64,000 nt of DNA from Utricularia gibba (Eukaryota > Plantae > Magnoliophyta): the NCBI GenBank assembly GCA_002189035.1, contig NEEC01000012.1, positions 1,922,001 through 1,986,000 on the forward strand, written 5' to 3'. Shown here piece after piece: positions 13,276 to 24,054 of this stretch. The stretch's first letter is position 1; the number at the start of each line of letters is the position of its first letter. The notes beneath the pieces are model-generated. The model worked only from the letters and a program-made list of their open reading frames with translations. It had not been told where the DNA came from and made no database searches. Position numbers and translations under genes: made by a program.

Positions 13276-14627
13276 GGGAGCCCTTCTCGGAGCCTGTAAA
13301 GCGCACAAGCGTGCCGAGCTGGGGGAAATAGCTTCAACTATAGTGCTGGATTTGAAGCCAAATATTTCACAAACTTATATGGCAGTGTCAAACATTGATG
13401 CAGATGATGGGAAGTGGGAAGACTTTGCGGGAGTAAGAAAACTATTGATCTGTTCATAGTTGAAGATCACCTGAGTTGTTGAAATTCATGATCTGATGGA
13501 TTGGATGAACACATATGAAACTTAAGTATACAAAAAATGTGGATTACAATAGAAAAGATTAAACTTAATAAATTAATTGTGATATGTAATTTCTTATATA
13601 CTTTAATTATTCCACTTTTATTTTTAAATATGGTATTTTGTATTCTAACAACTGCTATCAAGTTGAACTAGTCTTTGATCTAGTTAAAAAAAATTTTTTG
13701 TCTGATTGTAGATAGTGTTCATATCATAGATCGATCTAATTTTTTTGTCGTTTAAGTTAAATGCATCTCATTATTCTTTTTTTTAACCAAAATTCAGACA
13801 AGAACGAAACATATCTTGGCCATCCAAGTCGGCAAAAGTAAATGCTCTGATATCATATTGAAATTTAGGATTCGATGAATTGGACGAACACATGTGAAAC
13901 ACACGTATACAATAAATGTGGATCATTAAAAGATTAAGCGCAATTGATTATTTATGATCTATAGTTTCTTATATAATTATCTATTTTAATTTTATTTTTC
14001 AATATAGTATTGTATATTCTAACACGATTAAGCGAGGAAGACATACAGTCATTGATAATATTATGTGGACTAGAGGGAACTTGAAGATGAATAGAATGAT
14101 CATCTCTAACTGGATTTGATCACAGTATTTTTACCATATTTAAGAGAGGGATCCAATAACATCAGAAATGCAGGTCAGTAAATCTCAAATTCGTCATTCA
14201 CTTTTCTCACATGGTTCCTGAAAGATGAGTAGCCGTACAATGTGATACTTTTCATTTTCAAAATGAAGTAATGCACCTACTTCAACACAGACAAAGAAAC
14301 CCGTCCCTGGCATTCCAGAGAAAAAGGGCATTCATTTTTGTTGCTGCCAGTTGTGGTGGTGATGACATGAGTAGTTGCACCTACCTAGTGCAATGTCAAG
14401 TTTCATTCAATAGAGAAATCATCCAATAAGTTTGTGAAAATTTAACTGAAGATCAGAAAAGCAAATGAGTGATTTGATAATGGAAGCTTGCAATGCACAG
14501 TTAACTGAAGCCATTAATGACCACATCGTTCTTATTCTCAAAGAGCATCAGTGAAAAGTAATGAAACTTGCAGCACATTTTCCTTATTCATAATGGAAGC
14601 TTGCAAGACTGATTCGGGGTCCAAGGG

Positions 14628-15170
14628 CTAAGCCTCCTCCACCCCCACGGCGGCTCCGGTGTTCATCTTTTTTTCCAGTGGTACTTCGACACCCTCCTGC
14701 TTCTCTTCATCACCAGCATCGACAGGCAATAGAGCGTTCTCCTCCTCCTTGTCGAGCTGAAAGGCCTCTACCGGGAAAGAGCGCGACAACCCAGCCGCCC
14801 GAAAGTGTATTTTCCCGGTCGGGGGATCATCGACGTCGATCCCGGTGAGAGTTATCCAAAGGAACATCTCCTTGGTCTTCACCCCGGTGAGTTTCTTGAT
14901 CTTCCCCGGCTCGACGTAGGCCGTGACCTCCCTAGCATACTGCGCTACCCGGTCGACTTTTTCGAAACGGTGCTGGGATTTCTCCCTCTGGATGAGCCAC
15001 ACGAAGCCGGTTTCCTTGATGTAGCCGGTCTCCTCGATGTCCTTGAGAGGGAGGAGACCCTCGGGAAGGCCGACTTCGGAGAGAAGGAATCGAGACCTCT
15101 CCCTGCAGATGGCGTCGCCGTGGTAGAGCTCCGAGGCGGCGGCCCTCATGTCGTCGGTGATCTTGGACAT
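14628..15170 (-). CDS. DUF538 family protein, SVB-like, 180 aa, single exon
   Basis: Intact ORF with DUF538 signature (LLSEVGLPEGLLPLKDIEETG...GFVW...GKIKKLTGVKTKE...SRSFPVEAF); resembles Arabidopsis SVB as recalled. Confidence 0.9.
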   Translation of the reverse strand: MSKITDDMRAAASELYHGDAICRERSRFLLSEVGLPEGLLPLKDIEETGYIKETGFVWLIQREKSQHRFEKVDRVAQYAREVTAYVEPGKIKKLTGVKTKEMFLWITLTGIDVDDPPTGKIHFRAAGLSRSFPVEAFQLDKEEENALLPVDAGDEEKQEGVEVPLEKKMNTGAAVGVEEA

Positions 15171-17147
15171 GGTGGTGGAGAGTGGTGGAAGAAAACAAAA
15201 CAGTGAGTGAAGTGTGTGTTGTGTATGTATAGGGATGCTGGAGGGAAATTGGTTGCCATTTATTTAGTATCACACTGACTGAACAAATTTAGGCTGTAAT
15301 GTAACATAAGATTTGATTGTCACCCGCTATTATTATTATTCATTATTTATTTTTCACAAATAAATAATATTTTATTTTATTTTTTTCACAAATAACTTCA
15401 ATATTAAAAAGATCCATAAATCAGAGATGATAATGTTTGATGTTTGAGGTGGTTGAAGGATTAATGATAGGGAATGGTATTTATTTCTGGTGTGAAATGG
15501 ACAGGTACCATTTTTGGTAGAAAGACAAGAAACACACATTTATTTATTTTTAATAAATGTTATTTACCACATTACTAGAAATTCAGGTTATTTACTTACC
15601 TGCAGCAATGTGATAGGATTATTTGGCAATTAATAGGATTCTTCCTCTCATCATAAGATGGATTATTTATTAATCTGTATTATTTATATTTAGAAAAATA
15701 AATTATTTTTAATTTAACTGGTACCAAAAATATTTTTTAAATTTTTATTGAATACAAGTTAAAATTAAAAAATATTGTATTTTCTTTTTAAATCTATTTT
15801 TATTTCAATATTTTTTTTAAAAAATAATACTCTCAATTTTATTTTTATAAAAAAATTATTCAAATTTTATTTCACACACTGCATTTAAATATACAAATAT
15901 ATATGGTTCGATTGGCATTAGCTTCTTTTTCATCTTTGTTTGTTGCTCGCATGGGAACAGGCAAAAGTGGAGTGTCATGTACAAATGTGTCCACTCTTTC
16001 ATTCTCTCACATACATTTGAATAAATTTTTTTTAATTAAAGATATCCATTTTTGTCACACCCGTTTGGCAAAGGAATTGAATGCTCACTCCTTTTTCATT
16101 AATATGAATTTTTATAAAGGGAAGTATAAATAGAGGCACTAATATGTTGCATATTTAAAATCTAAGCTTCAGAACAAGTCATTATTTGAGATCTTCTCCA
16201 AAAGCAATGACTTGAGTAAATCTTTCCAAAAAATATGGTAAGCACATGACTGACTTTATTAAGATATTATTATGTGATTCGTATATTTCTATGTAGAAAC
16301 GTTAATCTCCTTATGGACCCTTGATGACATTGGTCCCCATTATTTTGGATAATTATAAAATTAAAATTTCAATTATTTCATTTTTGATCTTATACTGACA
16401 ATATCAAGATCTCAATTACGAGATTATGCTCACCTTCAAAATATACAGAATGAAATTTTTTAGATAGATTGTCAGACTTTGGTTGAGAAGAAGCATAAAA
16501 CATCTCCAACTATTGCCAGGTAACTGGAGATCTTTTTGAGTCATCTGATGCTCACATGAAGTATTGATGTTGAATTTCGAAATATAGATGACAAGTAAGA
16601 AAAGCGGAGCAAAAAATCAAATCGCGTATAATATGCGTAAATGAGGTTGCAGGGGGTATTCTAGTCATTTCCTTCAGAACCCTTATATATATATATATAT
16701 ATTCTATGTTTCCACTTTTAGAATACCAATTCTTCCATTCGGTGCCTTTCCTGCACAGGACGACACTCGGCTACACCAGCGTGCACCTGGACCCAGAAAT
16801 TGTTGTAAACCGAATACTAAAAATGAGAAATGATCGAAATTTTAGGCATGTAAGCACACTATCTTGAAGTATTTCTTGATCTCTTAGAATTAAAGAAACT
16901 CTTCCATAACATGATATCGATTTAAAAATCAATTGAATATATATAATCTAATGTTAATGTAGTTGAAGCAAAATGAGACAACCGCTCGCCGCTACGCACT
17001 CACCCAAGTCTCCCAATTTCATGTGTCCCGTCTAGTTCTGCACTCGGTACCGAGCTTGTTACACACGGCACTGAGACCTGTTTTAAGTTCATCATCACCC
17101 AAAGTAGTACACACAATATAAAGGGCAACAGAACACACAGGTGGAAT

Positions 17148-17297
17148 ACTAAACTTGATAGTAACGGCCATCCAATTTCTTTATGCCATAATCCAATTGA
17201 ATATTTTTTTTAAAAAAAAAACATGTTTACTCAATCTTGTAACTAAATCCAAAATAGTCACACTTCTTACATTTGGTTTCAACAAACACATGCAATC
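17148..17297 (-). pseudogene. Remnant of exon 1 of the mitochondrial RPS6-family gene
   Basis: Aligns with 55112-55292, with an internal deletion of about 30 bp and no start codon. Confidence 0.85.
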
Positions 17298-17567
17298 CTG
17301 AAGATATATTTGAACATAAGCTTAAACATGTTGGAGGGAGCTTGCTCAAGACTAAAACTCACATTCAAATCAACTTCTAAAACCGATGACGTCATTCGTA
17401 CAAGAACAAAGGAACATGATGCAAACGAAAGAAGAGGGCATTGAAGCAAATGTGAGAATTCACTCATAATCAGAAAAATGGAACAGGTGCACAACAAAGC
17501 AAGCAACATATTAAATGAGAATAATGAAGGCCCGTGAAGAAGTATCTTGTGTAGTAATCATCGAAGA

Positions 17568-20500
17568 TCACTTGCTATCACTATAATCAAGTCCCAAGTT
17601 CTTTTTCATATCTTTAGAGAGACTGAACTGCAGGGTGTTATGCCATGGGAATAGCGTACGTGTTACAGGGAGTTTCCGTCGGAGGTCCTACAATAGTCGA
17701 ACAAGTGATAACAATCAAAAGACTAAGCAAGCACTTTGATGCTATGCTTTGAGGGGGGTGAGGATACTTGAAACATTGAAAACGAGAATATGTTGCAGAA
17801 AAACTAGAATAAAAATTTGAAGAAATTAGAGAAATATATGTTGATGAAAATTGATTTGTACATAAACTGAATCTATATATTGAACATGCATAAATCAATG
17901 GAAATACCTTGAAGGTTGTGTCTGGTAATTTGGAGTAGGAAGCCTAAAAATAAAACCATGCTGAGTAATTTAGAAAATTAACACTAACTTCAATATAATG
18001 CATAGGAGGATTACGACACCTGAAGGTAATTTAGATATTCTGTCTCGTGGTGACGAATTATATTAGTCAATGAAACTGCAGAATCATTGGGTGACTGAAA
18101 AATAACTAATCATTAACATTTTATTGATGAAAAAGTATACTAAGAAAGTAAAAATGCACTCAAATGCACCAAGATCTATCTTATATTAATATTTATCAAT
18201 ATCCAAATCCTGCAGAGGATAAATTCATACAGATTCCAATTACCTGAAGTATGGTTGAATCTTTGCACATTTTCTTTGTATCTAACTGCACATTACCCTC
18301 CTCAAAATAGTGAGCCTCTACCTGATTCAAACATATGGCATGTCATATTAAATCAAAGAGTATATATGATAATCATTAAACAATATAAACATAATTTTAA
18401 CCAAATGATTAAAGACACTACCAACAAATAAGGTATTTACCATCAGCTTGCCAGTTAATTCTATAATTTGTAAGTCATCATTGAACTTAATAACCCACGT
18501 AGACAACCAGCTACCATTGCTGAAAAAAATAAGATGGGATGCTGAAAATAGTTATACATTGAAACTACAAGTTATCTCCAAAAGAAAAAAGAACACAAAA
18601 TAAACATCCAAGAAATCATATTAGGTCGCTAACTCTAATCAAATACTTTATCTTGAAAAAAAAATTCAAAAAATCACAAATATAAATTATTTCAACACAT
18701 GCAGCATACCAAAAATTCTGAGGACTATTTTTAATGGAAGAAATCACGACAACAAGCTCAAACTCTGAGCCTCCTTCATCCCCTTCTTTTTCACTGGTAC
18801 AATACACACAACTTACACCCTTGGGATATGCTTCAACAACATACTTTATGATTTCAGCATCTAAGGCCCCCCTGCCAAATAGACCAATAATCATAGAAGA
18901 AAATCAAAATAAATTTGGGATATCCAAAGAAAACGAGAAAAAAACAATTCATAAATTTATTTGATAGAAATTTTATTAAACAAATGTTATCTTTCAATAT
19001 GATCAGAAAATGAAGCAAATACATTTCAAATACTGAGGCAAAAAAGAAAAGTTATCCCAAGTACATCCAGATGAAATTTCAAAAAAGTTTATGATTTGAT
19101 TTCACTATTTCAATAATTTATAATCAACAATTCCAGAATCTCGAGAAGTCTTAAAAAAAATCATTCATGAGAGAAAAAAATAGCAAACACAAAAATATCA
19201 AAAACCATATTTTCATCACAAAAAAATAGTAAAAATACCGATATTCCTCAACATATGAAGAAGAAAGCTCTTCATCAGTCGCTACTCTTGTAGATTCACA
19301 TACCTGAATAAGTAAGCACCATGTTTTAATAAAAATACAATATAACTTGGTATCTAATACTACCAAGCAAGCGGCACCTCAACAAGATGATGCAACAAAC
19401 CCAAGTTTTATCAAAATTCATCAATCTCTTATTAAATGTGTCAAGAAAAGAAAAAGCAAGTGAAAGTTTTAAAAAATTCAAAAACATCTGTTTGCTTATT
19501 CCCAAGCAACGAGCATCTAACTTTAAGAAATGGGTTATAGTTGAATCTCAAAAATAATTACAAATTAACAACACGTATGCTATAAAATTTACTGACTTGG
19601 ACAAATGGCTCACACTAGAAATCAGACAACCTTCTATGAATTTCTCAAAGATCACGGCAACCAGAAAAAAAATGTCCATATTTTTAGTGAAAATCTAAGC
19701 TTAAAATCCAAAAAATGGATGAAAATGAATTTATTCATGAACTATGCACATGCTACCATGAATAGGAAAAAACCAAGTTCACCTGTTTAACATGGTTAAC
19801 TATTGCAACTTGGGTAGTCCTTGGATCAAGATATTCGTTCTCAACAATCTCATTGTATGATGTAATCAAAACCTATAACGAAATATAAACTTTAATGATA
19901 TAAAATCCAAGAGAATTGATGCAACAATGCAACATTAGTCACCAAACTTAAAATATAATGACAATTACATAATTAACAAAAATTTTGTAGGTAACAAAGT
20001 AGTAGCTTAAAAATATTTGTGCAAACCAACATAATCACAATAAAAAAAACATAGAATAAATTTCTCATCAATTACAAGTTGTCGATTTCTCTAGGGATCT
20101 GATCTTCTTATATGTTAGCTACAAAACTAATAACTGTAAATTAAAAAGATACCATGCATATGGCAGATAAGATATATTCTCTCTGTAAACAATTTTAAAA
20201 AACTGTCAAACAGCTATAACAAAGATAGTACAGAAAGCAATAGAAATAAGAAGAACAACCTTTCACGCTTTCAATAAACATGTAGTTTCAAATTACCTCA
20301 CCGGTTCTATCAGGAAACTCAAGACAGATCATATGAGCCTTATTGTATATCGGAAATGCCTCTGCCGCAGCAGCTTCAAACAGCTTCTCATCCCTCAAAA
20401 GCTCCCTTACATCTGCATTTTCAAGAAAATGACTTATAAATCCATTATTGAGGCTTCAATTGTGAGCACAAAAGCAAATTGCAAACCTTTAGCGACATAA

Positions 20501-20592
20501 GAAATTTCACCAGCAGGAGAATTTAACAAAAACCATTTTGCGAATTCGATCTTCTGCTCATTAGTGACTTCCAACGCAGATTCTTCCTCCAT
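17568..20592 (-). CDS. CPA: F-actin capping protein alpha subunit, copy 1; open 308-aa frame
   Basis: 10 GT-AG exons: 20592-20487, 20412-20297, 19872-19783, 19303-19239, 18871-18710, 18519-18441, 18321-18244, 18094-18020, 17943-17908, 17687-17568 (927 nt). Motifs AKWFLLNSPAGEI, EYLDPRT, HYFEEGNVQL, DLRRKLPVTRTLFPW. Confidence 0.93.
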
Positions 20593-20761
20593 GATCTAAC
20601 AAACAAATTCAAGGATTTGAAAAAAAAAAGTGCACACTTTTAAATCCACGAATTATTTGGATTAAATTCTTCTTTTCAAAATTAATATATTATTAATTAT
20701 TAATTATGTTACATGATAAAATATGTTTTTTTTTAATTCTCATAAAAAATGTCACAAATAC

Positions 20762-22469
20762 CGGCTGATTGTATACATATTGATAAGACCGCTGGGAGTG
20801 CTGTGCGTGCTCCTGGTTAGCAACAGGTTGCCTATTCTGAACTTGCCTCTGCGGATTAGCATAGGTGCCAGCAGGCATACCTTGGCCCATTGAATTCCCA
20901 ATTGCACTAGAAGCCATATTTGCAAGGCTTTGCATGTTCTGAATGTTAGAATTTGGCCCAGGAATATTGGGCATGGTGCCACTCATAGCGGGAAGACCAG
21001 ATGACAAACCAGAAGAATTTGGAACGCCATTCAAAGCAATATCATTATGTAAATTCTGGGATGAAATCTGCAGCCGCGCCTGAGACTGACTGGAAACCAT
21101 CAGAAGTTGAAGTTGTTGGACCTGATTTTGTATTTGGGACTGCATGCTTTGAGAAGCTGCGTTAAGCATGCAGAGAGATTGAACATATGGTGACACAATA
21201 ACTCATATAAAACAGTGCATCATCATAAACACAGTAGCGTACAAGTACTTATTTCAAGATAAAAATAACCAGAGACGAAATCCTGGCAGCATTAACAGTA
21301 TAAAACAATTCATATTGTGCAGATAATAATCATGTAAGCAATACCAAGACATATTAGCAGACTACTGCTCGCTCCAAACAATCAAAAATAATAAAAAAAA
21401 AGATGATATTCGTCTGTGTTATGACTCTAATCAGATAACATGATAGAAACAACTTTTAGACAGGGCTCCGTATATTTCCTGTAAGATGAATGATTTGTAA
21501 TCCCTTTTCGGATACCAATACCACTTTACTTTATGATTTGGCAAGAAAACTAGAAGCTTTCCCAGAACTAGATTTTCAAATGGTCTTTAGACAGCATTCT
21601 AGCGATGCATGGAATCAGCTATGGAAAAAGTCTTTAAATCTGGCAAGTTATCAACCGCTCCAGTCAGGAAATCAATCCCCCCATAACTTGAAGCAGACAC
21701 TAATATCAAATCCAACTTGGACAATAACACCAGAAGACCCCTTAATCACATTCATTTGCAACAATCAAGAAGAGTTGAAAATTTTTCGGAGTATGCCATT
21801 GGATCCATAGGTATGCGATACACAAGTTGCCGGAATGGGTAGGTATATCGGCTCATCAATGATGAAAAGTTGAGGCTCATTATAAAGGGGATGGTGTGCC
21901 GGTGAGAATATACCGAGCCCAAATGCCACAAGAGCAAGGAGAGTCACCTTCTTAATGGCAACAACAAAAAAAAAAGAACTCTTTTCATATACTTCAGCGA
22001 TATTCTGTACCTGGGTCCTGCGAATTACTTCCACCACCAGGCTGCATAGAATCCGGATTCTGAGACTTTGTCTCCATAGTAAACATCTTCATAGATATTT
22101 TTCTTAGATAATCTGACTGTATGTCCAATTAAAAGACAACAGGAACGGTCATTATACATGTAACGCTCAGCGTGTACGCAGGAGGAAACAGGGGAAATTT
22201 CATTTAAACCTGGCTTGTTGCTGCGATGTATATCTTCTCCTCAAACCTGGCAGCGATTTTTTTGAGTTCTTGCAATCCCTCTGGTCCAGAATAAGGAAGA
22301 TGCCTCTTCAGCGTCTCCATTCTGCAATCGAAAGCATCATAATTGATACTTATCTCAAAGTCTTAAAAGACACTCTCCACCTAAACTTAAAACCTAATTC
22401 TTACATTTCATTCACAATTCTCTGCCTAGAATCTTGTTGCAGCTGACCCCTCCAATCACCGCCTTCCAT
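20762..22469 (-). CDS. MED15: 5' portion of a Mediator subunit 15 gene (KIX domain plus Q/S/N-rich linker); 3' part deleted; possibly the N-terminal exons of a MED15-CPA fusion
   Basis: Open, in-phase exons 22469-22405, 22321-22210, 22116-22011, 21156-20762 encode GDWRGQLQQDSRQRIVNEIMETLKRHLPYSGPEGLQELKKIAARFEEKIY...DYLRKISMKM. Sequence switches to the CPA upstream region at about 20760. The start codon is inferred. Confidence 0.85.
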
Positions 22470-24054
22470 TCCCGCGTTTGCCACCGGCTCAGCACCCACG
22501 ACCTGACCAGGAATTTGAACATGGGCATGCGTTCCTCAAATCGTTAAAAAAAAAAAAAAAACAACGCACAAAACCTTACAAAAAGAAGATGATGCACTGA
22601 AACTTTTCCGCTTCCAAAGTCAACTTTACGACGAAGAAAGAAAAAACAAGGTAACTACAATCAAGTTGGAAACGAAACAAAGGGATCAGGAATTTTGACC
22701 TAACGGATTGATTGGATGCTTGTTTAGACAGCAGCCGTCACGAAAATATAGCGATTAAATTGTTAATTATTCTCTCTAATATTAATTGTATTTAATTTTT
22801 CATTTTTTTAAATTCAGTGCAAAAGTATTATTTCATATATAATATCAAATGATATATACAATTAAATATTTATTTTCATCCTTAAAAATGATCCACACCA
22901 GACACACAACAATTTTAAAAGTAAAAATATATATTAAATATATAATAGTATTGAATATAATGAATTATATTCAAATATTTTTTAAATTAAAAAATTAAAT
23001 CTAATTTTTTTCCTATAATCAAGTATGTCGAATTAAAAATGATATGGTCAAATGAGATTATATTAATGTTTGATATTATACAAAAACTTAGAATATAATC
23101 TACCCAACTTATTTCATAATTTTTACTTAATTTATAAATATAATTTATTAAATGAGTAGAATCTAAATAAGTAGTTGTTGTGTGCATAACATTTGAAAAA
23201 ATTGATGACTTATTTTGATAAGTAGGCAAAGGTAACTTATAAAATAAGTTGGATTTTGAGTAGAAATATAAAGAAATTTAAAATAAGTAAAAATTAAATG
23301 AAAGTTTGAATAGAAATTATAAATAATTAAAAATTGGAATAATCTATAATAATTAATTTTAAAGAAAATATTTTTTTAAATCATGATATTTGATTTATGT
23401 TTATTTTACAGTTAAATACTTTATATTATGTAAAATCTTAACAAAAAATTTACAAATAAATTCATTCTATAGCATTACAACCCAAAACTCATAAGAACTA
23501 ACTATTACGATTATCATTCGCACTCACTTCTTTTTTTTGATTTAATAATTATGTATTTTTTTCAAAAAAATTTCTATAATTTTTAATAATTGTGCTGAAC
23601 CATAATTATTGAATCAAATATAATTTAAAAATTTTTATGATTTATTTGAAAAAAACACATAATTATTGAATAAAAAAAAAGAAAGAAGCTCAAATGATAA
23701 TTGTGATTATTAATTTTGACAAATTTTTTATCAGAATACCCATAAAATGAGTTTATTGATAAAATTATTTTATATAATCTAAAGTGTTCAACTATAAAAT
23801 AAAAAAATTCAAACATTGTAATTTAAAAAATAATTTTTCTTTATTTTTAATATATATTTTAAATTACAAGACAAAAAATAAATCGTACATATTATATTCT
23901 TAGATTAATAATATTAAAAAAATTGATATTTCTCTATTTGATTAATTAATGCATTAAAAATGATATGATGTAATTTTATTTTTTTAAAAATAAGTAGTAA
24001 TAAATAAAATGGACTCCCCCGTTCTTCCATCAGGTTCACTAGTTTGGTCGTCCA

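Larger units (their letters stand above)
12270..14090 (+). pseudogene. Fragmented PLS-class PPR pseudogene, paralog of the 3' half of the 27161-29127 gene
   Basis: 12270-12455 matches about 28585-28762; 13276-13460 matches about 28758-28930 plus about 29030; 14030-14090 matches about 29090-29150. Split by a solo LTR and by other insertions and deletions. Confidence 0.9.

Noticed and set aside
14805-15273. Long overlapping ORFs (133 aa on +, 113 aa on -) over DUF538, and similar antisense ORFs over NAS (35530-36710) and RING-PHD (43572-44757)
   Set aside because: Shadow ORFs expected from GC-rich or low-complexity coding sequence; no independent motifs.
21480-22037. ORFs of 61-106 aa within MED15 intron 3; faintly PPR-like words (RYTYPF, STLLDCC)
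   Set aside because: No continuous recognisable domain and stops in all frames; treated as intron sequence.
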